Positions 51,898 to 64,000 of a DNA stretch of 64,000 nucleotides are shown here, piece after piece; the stretch's first letter is position 1, and the number at the start of each line of letters is the position of its first letter. The position numbers were made by a program, and so were the translations under genes. The notes beneath the pieces were generated by a model that saw only the letters and a list, made by a program, of their open reading frames with translations, did no database searches and was not told where the DNA came from. The DNA comes from Hormiphora californensis (taxonomy: Eukaryota; Animalia; Ctenophora), in NCBI GenBank assembly GCA_020137815.1, contig CM035355.1, positions 6,448,001 through 6,512,000 of the forward strand, written 5' to 3'.

Positions 51898-54800
51898 ATG
51901 GCTGATCCACCAGCAAAGCGGCCCTGTCTCAACATCGATCAGTCCTCTCACAAGCTACTTCAACTTCTTAGGAAGAACGATGATTCAAGGGATTACCCCA
52001 CAATAAACTCTCTACTACGGAACATCTTGACGGAGTATTGTCAATCTTCAGATATGCTTGAGGCTCTCCATCGATCCAGATTCATGGACTCTTTCGTCAC
52101 TTTACTGTCCATCAAAAACCTTCCTTCCGACCTTGCTAATACTATCCTTTCTGTTCTTACCCGCATCTCTGGTCACCGAGAGTTGCTGAAAGATGTTCTT
52201 AGGTCGAATGATTTGAACATGATCATAAGCAACTTTATGGCGGATCCAAGATGTGTTTATAGGTCCCTACGGTTCATCAATAAGCTTAAAAACAATGGAA
52301 CCACTGTGAGTCTTAAAGGAAGTGTCATCAACCAAATAGTAATGTATATTGAGCATCACCTTGTCTATACTGAAGGACCGAACCATGTTCCGGATAAGAT
52401 TATCGTTCTGATATTTAATATATTCGCCACTTTGATTACTGGTTCTTGTATTGAAACTCTCAGGACGAAGTACAATGGAAACGAATCAATGATTTTGTTT
52501 AAAAGTATTGTTCGGGCCGCTAAGCTAAACAAAAGGTTCCCAAACTTGGATAAAGAACCCTTATTTCGGCTAACAGAACAGGCGATCGCTTTTATGGCCC
52601 TGGCACATCCAAATCATTCTACTCTCGTTGAGGAAATGGAAACTATCTTGCCCAGCTTGGTGAAGGAAATGTGTATCAAAGATCCAGAGAGGCTCATTGA
52701 CCTTTACACAGAGGATGGAACTCGTGTCTTGCGTAATGTGGCCGAAGAGGTGAGGAACGCAAATTTTGCAGACATTCTAAAAGTTGGCAGTTTTGCACAA
52801 TGTCAAGAGGTCTTTGAAACAATTCAACGGTTGAAAAGTATAGTAGTAACCCAAGATCTGCGCCAGGGCCTTCTTTCTTTTATGTCTGAAGCTCGAGAGC
52901 CCGTGGATGATTGGATAGATTACTCACTATTTGCTCTCTGTCTCTTCGATAAGAAGCGAGATACACCTACGGAAGTAAACCTCCTTGATGCTATCGTCGG
53001 ATTTCTCAAGGGACTCCGAGATATGAATTGTGAGAGATCAGTCAAACCAGAGGTCACAAGGATAGCGGAGGACATCATGCGACGTTTCAATGAAGCACTT
53101 TATGATGGTGAAGACGGTTTGTTAGATGAACATATCACCCTGATAATGGACCTGTTTGCCAAGTACCAAACCAAACGATTTAGCCGGTTCTTCAAGACGT
53201 ATTTCTTCCATGGATCCTGGAACAATTCCAAAAAGTCGCACGAACTTCTACAAAAATCTTTCCTTTGGCTCACCATATCCCATCCGTACCTCCGGACTGT
53301 TCCAAACCGGGATCTTTATTGTCGCAGTTACAGAAACGGAAAACTCGATAGTTTTCACTGGGATTCATTAATCTACTTTGACATGGATCGTCTCCTGTCC
53401 ATGCTTGCTGAACTTCGGCAGACTTCTCCAGAGAAATACTTAGTGGTGCTTTCCGACTTCTTCCTCGCTAAAGAGGATCAAAGTGACACATTCTGTGATA
53501 AATCGCATCGGTCTGCAGTTTCTTCTGTCTGTGAAGCGATACAGCTAAGAGAGGACGACCCACCCGAGTTACTTCTACGTCTCTTCCTCTGTCTGATCAG
53601 ATATTTTCAGGGGTTCAGCTCAAAGTTCCACCAGGCTTGGGAGTACCAGTTTGATTACATGGGGATAAAACTCTGCAATAGGGTAGACCGGGGTAATTTG
53701 GACGGTTTTGGCATTCAATTGGTATTTCAAGAGCCATTAATTTACTTAATCAATTAGTTAGCTACTCAATTTGTGCAACTGAACCTTTATCTTGAGCCTC
53801 AGAACAAATTTGAATCGAAAACACAACTTTTAGATAGCTAATTAATCTTGTTAATGAAGGTAAGTCGGAATATTTTTGATCGCGAGACACGGGGCAATTT
53901 GGACTAGTGGCTTCTACACCAATCACAATGCGCGCATTCAGTCACGTGACCGCGACACACCACATTGCCCCAGCTGTAAATCTGCGATGTAAATCAGACC
54001 GAGGTTGGGGCTATTTGGACAAACTTAGATTGTAGCCACAGTTTTTGAGATATCGATTTCAAACTTTTCAGTCATCTAGTAATTTAGTATCCCGTGATAT
54101 TCCTTTTTTCAAAATTAGTTAATTAAGTAGTAATTAGCCTAATTAACCAAAAAATTAAGTGTTCATCAGATCTATATCTATAGGGTGCATTTTCGAAAGC
54201 TCAGGATTAGCCTAGTCGATTAGAAAAAGATTTAATCTAATCCCAAATAGGGTTTTTGAGAAAATCGACATCAAAGATCAAAAAACCACAAATAAAGCTA
54301 CGGTTTTCAAAGGAATGCTGTTTGTGTTTTCAGGTGCTTACAAGGCCAGAAATTACTATTATGGGGATCCAGTCTAATTAATCATGTTAGTGGCCGATTC
54401 CCACTCAATGCAATTCCCTGGGGTTACTATAGCAATGGAGTTTGTTACCATAGCAACCGGCGAATTTGCATTAATGTACTATTTTCTTGCTCCAAATTCA
54501 CCCATTACATCCGTATTATTAGACTATCGATTATTTAAACATGATTGTGAGTCACAATGAGACATTAGACTACCTTCAGTTACCAGCCAGTCAGTGGCTT
54601 TGGTTATCAAATGTATGCCTATTGCTCTAAGTTAGCCTGTAATTTATCCCTTTATTCAGTTATATCAGCTGCATATAATGGATGATTATCATGATAAAAC
54701 ACTACTTTTGGTCATCAAAGCACCAGTCCTAGATATTCTGGAGCACCCTATGAAGTTGGTTCGTCGAATGCCACACCATGGATTGACTTGTTACCTTGGC

Positions 54801-56220
54801 ATCCAGAGAATTGGTTGTAAAATGCGCCTTTTTTTCTATTTTTTTGGTCTATTTACTCAGTTTTAGCCATCTATATTGATTGAATAGGATAATTATGAAA
54901 GCAGGTTGTCTATGGTTACCATAGAAACGAGTATAATGGCGCCATGAGGCCAATTTGTTTTAACCAATTTGCCCCATGGGGCAATTTGGTCTAGTCCAAA
55001 TTGCCCCATGGGGCAATCTGGATTATGACCGAATTGCCCCCGATTTTTTCGTCCGAATTGCCCCAAATTGTCCGAATTGCCCCTCTTCATTAAAATGCCA
55101 ATTAGCTAATTAAATCGAAAGCTAATGTCATTTTGATGATGAAACTGAATAGAAAAGTATCATATTGTGAAATTCTGACCCTTAATTTAAATAATTATCA
55201 TAATTAAGTTTACCGAAATAAAGTTTAACTTTAAAGTCGTCATATTTCGTTATTTCACACTAAACACCACAATTTAAAAGTCCCATATAAATCACTAGTC
55301 CACATTGCCCCGTCCTGTGACCACATTGCCCCACCGTCCAAATTACCCCGGTCTACCCTACTGAAAGTGCGGACATAAGGGTGTGTGAGGTGATCAAACC
55401 AAGATCATCGAAGCATTGTAAGGTAACGTGGCATTGGCAACCATCTACAGGGTTCACCAAATGCCAAGATAGGACCGTGAAAATCCTAGGAGAGGAGGGA
55501 GCACCATGGGTGGAAGTGACTGAATGAGATCTGTCCTCTGTCGTTTTGAACAACATGCTGGTATCTAGTTTCGAGGAGAGTCGTACCCTGACCATTACCG
55601 TTCCTTCAGCCCCTCAGCGCATTCTTGAGGCCCTGAAATTGGTCCTGACCCAAAACGGGAAGGGTGTGGGCGAGCATGCCTCGCTACAGGATGTTTGGGA
55701 GTGGCTGTTACCATGGGCAACGATGTACCAAGTCGACGGGGTCTTCAATTATCTGGTTTATGTGATGAGAGAGAAACTACCGGCCCGACAGCGTCGTCTG
55801 CCATGTAACACCATGATGTCAGATGAATGGATGGTTGAGTTCGCAGTTCGCAGCAAACACCCTGCCTGGTTGATGCTTGTCTCTCAGAAGTTTCTAGTGG
55901 TAGATAACACTATGGTCAATCTGCAGCCAGAGGATCTGATTTTCTCGATAACCGAACTGGTCAACGCAGCTAATACGAGAGATAACTATCTTGTTAACAT
56001 CATCAGTTATTACTGTAGCCCGCATCGTTCATTAGCGGAGAAGGATCATGGAAGTTTGCCCGATCCGAGTGATGACTGGATAAATCAAGATGATGTCGTT
56101 TGTGATGATGGCGGTCAGGGCGGTGAAGGCGAAGATGGTGGAAGTGGTAGTGAGAGGGAAGAAAGTGATAGTGATCATAGTCTAGAGTTCGATTACGAGA
56201 GTTCAATTACGAGAATTTAA
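51898..56220 (+). pseudogene. Tandem family paralog 4, split by a DNA transposon and carrying a CGA>TGA nonsense change at about 55525
   Basis: Removing the insertion restores ctctgcaatactgaaagtg as in paralogs 2 and 3. gaatgagat replaces gaacgagat. Confidence 0.9.
53681..55358. mobile_element. Non-autonomous DNA transposon, 26-bp TIR, TA TSD (Tc1/mariner-pogo superfamily-like)
   Basis: gggtagaccggggtaatttggacggt ... accgtccaaattaccccggtctaccc. TA at 53679-53680 and 55359-55360. Internal ggggcaat/attgcccc repeats; no transposase ORF. Confidence 0.92.
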
Positions 56221-56693
56221 TAGTCCTTGTAAGAGTGACATGGGTCTAATTTTAAAGCAAAGCCTTTTTAAACAATTGTTTCACAAGAGTGTTTTATTAA
56301 ATTATTATTTTAACATGTATCACGTGTGTTTTATACCTACAACACAAAGTATCTTATAAAATTAATTTATTATTTTTAATCCGAAATGACAATTGCTTAA
56401 CGCAGGCAAGTTTTTTACAATTTATTACCACAGTTTATAAAATCTAACTATGTATTTTATTATTTTAATTCAAGTTTATAAAATTCTGCTGTGTTTTATT
56501 ACAATGTGTTAGCTAAGACTTCGAATCCCCCAACTTGGCCTACGCTGCAGTGAGCAGTCCCCAACTCTGCTGTCAAAACGTGTGCACTGCAGCACATGCC
56601 AACTCCCCAACTACAAACCTTGATCTTTGTTTCCATATCATCATTTTAGCTAAGACTTCGAAACCCCAACTCCCCAACTACACTACATCCTTT

Positions 56694-58736
56694 GGCAGGT
56701 GCACAGTTGCTCGACAGTCTATTTCTGGCTGCTATTTCTGGCTGCTATTTCTGGCTGCTAGACCTATTTCTGGCTGCTAGACCTATTTCTGGCTGCAAGC
56801 ACCCAGAAATAGGTCTAGCAGCCAGAAATAGATTTTAGCAGCCAGAAATAGGGTTTCTCTCACGTGATCTCTTTATCTCTGTATGGGTGAATCGGTGAAG
56901 TAATTCGGTATCTGCAACTAATTGGGTATGGGATACGGGAGACGAATCGGTGAAATGATTCGGTATCTGCAACTAATTTGGTATGGGATACGGGAGACGA
57001 ATCGGTGAAATGATTCGGTACAGTCGGACCCCGATTTAGGGACCCCCGATTTAGGGACACCCCGATTTAGGGACAGGATTTTTTTCCCCCAAAAATTTTT
57101 TTTGGGAAATTTTTTGTGAAATTTTTCAAAAAGATTCCAGCCATGTCCGAATCGTGTTTCGAATCGGTGCATCTTATCGCATGTCCTTCTGCTAATTAGA
57201 CGGTTCGGAACGAACCGACACGTGATCCCCATGGTGCCCATTGAATCACAAGTTCACCAAGGTCCAAGCGTCAAAATTTCGATTCGATGGGGATCACGTT
57301 TCGATTCGTTCCGTCTAATTAGCAGCAGGACATGCGATAAGATGCACCGATTCGAAACACGATTGGGACGTGGCTGGTATACCTTTAAAAATTTTTATAA
57401 CTTTTTTTGCAAAATTTTACAGTACGATTGTCAATGCTTTGATCGGTGCTCCCCATAAATTTTGAGAGAAAAAGTTATTTTGAAATTTTTATACTTCCTC
57501 ACCCGCTTAGGGTGCCCCGATTCGGTATGGTATCACGTATCGGTTCGTTTTGAACCCGCTAATTAGACAGGATATCCAGTAAGTTGCACCGATTCGAAAT
57601 ACAGACCGGACGGGCTGGTATAACTTAGAAAATTTTCCACTTTTTTTTGAAAAATAATTATTTTATATTTTTCTTTTTCTAATCAGAAATGATCATGTCA
57701 TCAATACACGAATATTGCATATAACAGTTAGAGGTGTCTTTAGTCTTAATAATATAGCATTTTGGGCAATAAAATAGGTTTTTTGGGTCAAATATGGCTC
57801 ACCCCGATTTAGTGGACACCCCGATTTAGTGGACAAGACCCTTTCCCCCGAGGGTGTCCCTAAATCGGGGTCCGACTGTATCTGCAACTAATTGGGTATG
57901 GGATACGGGACCTGCCAAATTAGTTGCAGATCGAGTATGGTGTAGTCCTCAGTCGGGCGCTACTGCTGGACGTGTTGGCGAGGAAGATGGTGGTCGCATA
58001 GGAACTGGTCCACTATGGTCCTCTCGATGTGCGTATTCGGATCCAGGTTTACGGTCCTCGATACCTCCCGGCAGGCACACAGGTTGGAACATACAGAGGG
58101 AGCAAGTGTCGAGCCTCCTCCTCGATGTTGTCCCCGACCAAGGAGTGTTCGTGGTTTTGTCGTTTCGTGGGAGAGAAGGTATAGGAGCTGTCCGGTGGCG
58201 GCTTCGTAACAGAGGCATAATTGATTGCGATGCATTGACGTCAAAAATTTGGCCTTTTATAATGGATTGTCATAATGGGTCCCATCCACCTTGTTTGTGA
58301 CACGAGGCATGAAAAGTTACACGATAAGAGATCTGTTTATCAGTTATCCTATCCCGAAATGTTACACAGCGTGATATGAGATCAGTTTATCGGTGATTTG
58401 ACGCAATGGGTGTGATAACACATATTCGATGTCTTGAATTTCAAGTTTGGAGCTAGAGGACCGGTAAAACAAAAGAGGTTCCTCTCGTATCCGGTATCCC
58501 ATACCCAATTAGTTGCAGATACCGAATCATTTCACCGATTCGTCTCCCGTATCCCATACCCAATTAGTTGCAGATACCGAATCACTTCACCGATTCGTCT
58601 CTCGTATCCCATACAGAGATAGAGAGATCACGTGAGAGAAACCCTATTTCTGGCTGCTAAATCTAGGTCTAGCAAATAGGTCTAGCAGCCAGAAATAGCA
58701 GCCAGAAATAGAATGTCGAGCAACTTTGCACCTGCC
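56694..58736. mobile_element. Non-autonomous long-TIR DNA transposon, 8-bp TSD CATCCTTT (Merlin-like)
   Basis: ggcaggtgcacagttgctcgaca ... tgtcgagcaactttgcacctgcc. TSD at 56686-56693 and 58737-58744. Tandem subterminal repeats (ctatttctggctgc and ~52-bp units) on both arms. Confidence 0.85.
57021..57878. mobile_element. Pogo/Tigger-like MITE nested in the previous element, TA TSD
   Basis: TIR cagtcggaccccgatttagggac ... gtccctaaatcggggtccgactg flanked by TA. Related TIR fragments occur at about 6586-6605 and 20887-20905. Confidence 0.88.
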
Positions 58737-58820
58737 CATCCTTTGACCTAATGATACCTTTGTTTCTTGTTGTTTCCATATATCCATATCATCTCTATTA
58801 TATTTGTAGCCAGGTCCAGT

Positions 58821-61800
58821 ATGTCAGGTGGTGAAGCCCCACCTCCATGGACTGTAGATGATATTGAGGGCGATGCCCTTTCCTGGTCCCTCTCCTCTGA
58901 CTCTAACATGTTACAACTACTACAGGTCTGTTTCGAGTGCAGGACACACTCCCTATATATGGGCTTGTCCCATTATTTGGAATATCTCACAGTTCGCACA
59001 AGAACTTATTGTTTTCCACAGCTTCTTCAGATTTACCATCACCGATTTTTCCCCAGGTATTTTCCGAGGATATGTCGAGCAAGTTAAACAAGACATCATC
59101 TGCATTGGAGGAACTCATCACCTTTACTAATGTAAGAAAGCGTTCATAACTCACGGAAAAATACCCTTTTTTTTGGAAAAAGAGTCTAATTTTGCCTTTC
59201 AAGTTATGTTGACTGGATCTCCACACATAATATTATTCACATCCCCCCGTTATCAGTTTCATATATTTTGTAACATGTCCTTTCTAACGTTGTTGCAGAA
59301 GGTAACCTCGGAAGTTAGTAACACCTTCAACCAATTCAACATGTTGTCCAACACACAGTTCATTGAATCGGTGAGTACCTACCTGCGCCACCACGGGAGG
59401 TGTTATCCCTTTCGCAACCTTCAACTAATTCAACTTATTCTTGCTTCGAAACCATAATCAATCACCCACCCAGCGTGTGTTTGAAGATGACGAGACGGAG
59501 GGGACAGTAGAACTGCCCCCAGTAACAGATCAGGAAACTCCTGAACTGGTGGGAGCGAGGATTAAAACTAGCGTGGAGTATGGTCTAACCGTGTTGGATG
59601 CGGCTTATAATATAGAGTACCTACCAGGTTAGTCAAGTCTTCTTGGTCCTGGGCAAGTGAAAATGAATAACATCATGTTTTAGAACGTACCGGGTTCGAT
59701 GTTAGATTTAAACTTTGTCGATTTGTCTTGTTTCTTTAGCTAACCTTAATGGCGCCTGTTAGGCTTCTCTAGTCGCCATTCTCCACTCGAGTTTTAACAT
59801 TGATGATCTTAATTCAATGTTAAAAATCTCCAGGATCAGGAAGAATCCCCAATGGGAGTTGCCCACCCTTCTGAATTATAGGACACTCCTACACGATATG
59901 CCCGGATATACCCCTATTGTCTGGGTAGGTGTGTCCCATGACTCCTACCCTCCCATATGACACCCTCCCACACCCACCCTCCCCCGCTACTTCATAAAAT
60001 GCCCCTCCCCCGCCGTTAGACTTCTATTGTAAGTCTACTGCTAGGTAATCCACCCACTAACTTATTTCATAAGCACTCTCCTAGGAGATTCCAAATGAAA
60101 TAACGAAACCTAATTCGATTATCAGAGCAGCTCCTCTGATAATCGAATTAGGTTTCATTATTCCATTTGGAACGGACTAACGACATTGAATACTTTGATT
60201 TAGAAGGGATTCCTGGTAAAGTGCTCGACAGAATCAGGATTCTGGAGCTGGTCACAATGAATACTAAATATATATCAGCAGCCTTGCACTGCATCCGCCT
60301 TCTGTACCAGCCCCCTTCCATATGCTATATATCTGGGTTACGGTTACAATATTCATTCACGAGTGTCGACCATATCGCAGTGTCGCGACAGTCTTTATGG
60401 TTCTCCAACCCGAATTGAAACCCGAAGAAGAAGGTTCCAATCTTTCTGTCTCTACCACAACGATCCTTTCTTGCAGATATAGATGAAGAGGTGAAGTTTG
60501 AGTTAAATGATCCATACAGTTCCAGGAAGCTGCCGTATTTCATTGGAAGTAGTGAGTACTGTGCTGAGGATAATGTCGGCCTTTACTCTCCTGATGGTAC
60601 GTGGTTTTTGGTACAAAATTATTGGTTACAAATTATCAAATACGTGCTATTGCTAAGTCGTTACTTTATTCCTACACATTTTCACCGTCAATGCCTTGGT
60701 TTCAAGGTAAATGCTTCATCCAAACGGCATCTCAACATCAGAAATCAGAATCTGTCATGATAAATTCCCCCCTCTGTTAGCTCACACCCTCTCTATAATC
60801 CCCCCTATAGATATCAGTCCACAAGATGCACTAAGTAGTGATGAAAGTGAAGATGAGGAAGATGATGATGATAGTGATGATTATGATGGAGGAAGGACTG
60901 TTTCTGATCCCACCTCTCCTGATCCTCTTCTCATTCCCGAGTCTGGGGGAGGAAGACAACAAAGAACACCAACTGTCGTGGCGCCTACTAAATTCGGTAT
61001 AGTTTTGACACACATTATTTCTGAATGGGTTGAAACTTGATGTGAAGTTTAGTCAGCTGTTGATTGGTTGGTAAAGTCAAATACTGTGATGAATTTCAGA
61101 TTCGATATTTTCATCTTCGGAGGATGAAGATGATGATGAACCAGCAGGACCCAAACCGCCAGGTAATATTTGATTAGGGCCTAATATCATATATCGCCAG
61201 GTAATTGTCACGTTAAAATATTATTAGACATACCTACTGCACTGCTGTGTCGGAATTGTGGGTCGGGCTCATAATTGTCCAAGGAAGAATCGTTCCAAAT
61301 CTCAGATTTCCACCATTATTGAGGATAATTGTGTCATATAAATCTCGTTTATTTGTCTAGACGACTTTCTTGTGGCACATCAAATTAGATCACACAGTAT
61401 GTCCTAAACACCCCGTTTCTTATTTCACTCCCCCTCCCTCCTACTAACTCCCACCATTCATCTGCAGAAAGGGATGATTCAGGAGAGGAAGATAATGTTA
61501 CACAGGAAGGGGAAGACAAACCAGGTACATATACTGTGGCCTGGACAGATCTCTTTGTGATATTGGATATTTAACCCGGAACTGGGTTCTATAAGGCACC
61601 TTACATGAGTTTGTCAACCAAGATGGTATTTTGAATTGTGTATCTAGACACTCCTTACACCTCCTATCACCTAGCTGGTGGTGGTGGTCTGGCTGCCCTG
61701 ATTGGTGCAGCTGCAGCACAGCGCAACAGGAGAGTTGGTGTTTTTGAGGACAGTGATAGTGATGATGATGTCACGGCTACAAATGATGACGTCATACCCC

Positions 61801-64000
61801 CTGCACGTGACGTCATGCCTCCTGCACGTGGTAGTAATCAGGATTCAGTCGGTCAGAAACAGGCTGCTCCACCAGGGAAAACATCTACCCCGAATAATGG
61901 TGAGAGACCAAGTGAGACGATCTATACCTTTACAGTTTTAAATCAATGTGCTGTTTCCTGATTGATAACAATTTATCTAACCACCATTTTACTTTCTAAC
62001 CCCCCCCCCTGCAGTTGTAAAACCCCCGGTACCCCGTGGGGGTTTGTTTGATTCGTCCTCTGAAAGTGATGAAGAAGAGGTGCAACCAGCTCCTAGAAAA
62101 CCTACAGGTACAATGTGTGGGGGCTATAACAGTGGACTACGTTGCGACAGCAACCAATAAAACAATATTTAGTCTAGGATCACCAATACTGGATATGTAT
62201 GTTCCAGCTGATGTAACACTGATACCTTCTCTCAGGGGGTGTTTCAATGTTTGGGCCAGGCGGGTTCGCTCCCAAGGTCATTAATGATAAGGATGCTGGC
62301 CGTGATGATGTCATCGTCTCCTCTGATGGGGGATCAGCTGTAAGAGATTCCAACAAACCTACCAAGGTAAATTACATCATTATTAGTTCTTGTTACATCA
62401 TTAATATCTGGAGATGGGATGTCTACACCTTTCTAACAAGCAATTAAATTGGGGCACGAAATGATGAAAATTAATTTCAGCTATTGATTCCAAATAGTAA
62501 CCGCCCTTTCTCCCTACTGCAGGTGACTCAACAATCCGCCAAAATGAAGAGTCTCTTTGACACAGATGATGATGATTCTGAACCGGAGGAACCAAGGAAG
62601 AGTGTTACACTTCCCAAGAAGTCTACCACAGCCCCGACAGGCCCCAAGAAGACTACCTCTGCTGCATCATCCGTTCTAGCTGCAGCAGCAAAGTCAGGTG
62701 GATTGTTCGGGTCTTCGTCAGAGAGCGACGAAGAGATAACAACCCCTAAACCAGCTACTAGACCATCATCTAGAGTGGCTCTCCCTGGCATGACCGGAGA
62801 TCAGGGGACTAAGAAAACACCGGTTGCTAAGACGGTTACCAAGGCGACGGTTGCTAAGAAGAAAGATGACCTGTTCGGATCATCGTCTGATGATGACGAT
62901 GGTGGTTTGTTTGGTGGTCCAACAACCAAAGTAGCGCTTCCTGGACTTACTGATGTGAAACCGAGAGAGGAGATTAAAAAGGAGGTTAAAAAGGAGACGA
63001 AGAAGAACAAAGATAGCTTGTTTTCTAGTGATGATGAATCAATCGCTTCCCCTCCCAAGAAAAATATAGAAGCTCCTAAACCTGTAGTAGCAAGCTCGAA
63101 TCCCCCAGCTCCGGCCAAGAAAGTTGTTTCAGATCTGTTTGGATCGGATAGTGATGAAGGAGATGACTTTTCCTCAATGTTTGCTAAACCCGTTGCCAAG
63201 GTAACCAAAGAACAAAAAAACACCGGTGGTGTTAAGAAGAAGGGACTGTTTGATTCGGACAGTGAAGAAGAAAAAGAGGAAGAAGAGGTGAAGCCCAAAA
63301 CTGCTGCACTACCCCACAAGAAGGAACCACTGTTTGGTGATGATATAGTACAGCCTGATGGACAGCAAGAGAAGAATGTGAAACAGACAGATCCCCTGTT
63401 TGATTCTGATGATGATGGTGATAAGGTTGTGGCACCACCTCCCAAGAAATCCACTACCAAAGTGGTGAAAGTTAAGGATTCTCTCTTTGATTCAAGTAGT
63501 GAGAGTGAGTTGGCTCCTTCACCAGTCAAGAAACAGCCAACAGCTGCAGTAGACCCACTTAGTTCAGATCAGGAGAGGTTCCAACCACCAGCCATGACCC
63601 CTGATCCAGTTCAGAAGAAGTCACGTGATCAGAAGAAGTCACGTGACATTCTCTTTGATGAGAGTGAGGAAGAGGAAATAAAAGAGGTGGTGGTGGTTAA
63701 AAAGTCACGTGACACCTTGTTTGACAGTGATGATGAAGATGATGTTCCAGTTGTTGTTGAAGAGAGCAAGTCAGACTACCTGCAGAACACATCTGGAGAT
63801 GTTCCTGATATTCCCTCTGTTCACCCAACACCTGATCTGGATTCTTCGAAAGTGGACGATGTTCAATCATTAGGGGTGGAGGAAGTGGATAGCTCTAAAT
63901 CATCAGGGGTGAATTGAGGTGGTAAATTCTAATTCGGTAAAGGCAACAGGAGCGGTGAAAGATTCATTATTTGCTTCGTCAGATGAGGAAGAAGTAAAGC
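58821..64000 (+). CDS. WASHC2: WASH complex subunit 2 (FAM21), multi-exon, runs off the window
   Basis: N-terminal exons read WSLSSDSNMLQLLQ, NTFNQFNMLSNTQFIES/RVFEDD and DPYSSRKLPYFIGS. A long low-complexity tail has many LF-acidic (LFa) repeats such as SLFDTDDDD, GLFGSSSESDEE and DLFGSDSDE. Confidence 0.93.
60089..60172. repeat. 84-bp near-perfect palindrome in a WASHC2 intron
   Basis: ttccaaatgaaataacgaaacctaattcgattatcagag-cagctc-ctctgataatcgaattaggtttcattattccatttggaa. Confidence 0.85.

Noticed and set aside
62801-63529. 242-aa antisense ORF
   Set aside because: Shadow of the low-complexity FAM21 exon.

Overview
This is gene-dense, intron-containing eukaryotic (animal-type) DNA. Tiny intergenic gaps, a splice acceptor just before nearly every ATG and a nested intronic gene suggest a trans-splicing invertebrate such as a ctenophore; this is inference only. 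The left half is a run of seven co-directional minus-strand genes: MED7, a VPS4-like AAA ATPase, an Oxa1/COX18-family insertase, a CCDC152-like gene, TSC2, TRAPPC3 and a partial gene. Their stop-to-start gaps are only about 130-390 bp. TSC2 introns hold a nested antisense 3-exon gene, a Helitron dimer, a ~1 kb palindromic element and a noisy (GA)n-rich stretch that may be low-quality sequence. The right half is a plus-strand run: IDI1, four tandem intronless paralogs of an alpha-helical + C-terminal BTB (ARMC5-like) protein, and WASHC2/FAM21. Paralog 2 is split by a young Ty3/gypsy LTR retrotransposon. Its 3' non-coding region carries a MITE and a retroposed 320-bp tandem array of tRNA-like units with an inverted first copy and a 13-bp target-site duplication (TSD). 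Paralog 3 has a large in-frame deletion, and paralog 4 is split by a TA-TSD DNA transposon. Exon structures were deduced by eye, and no database searches were run.
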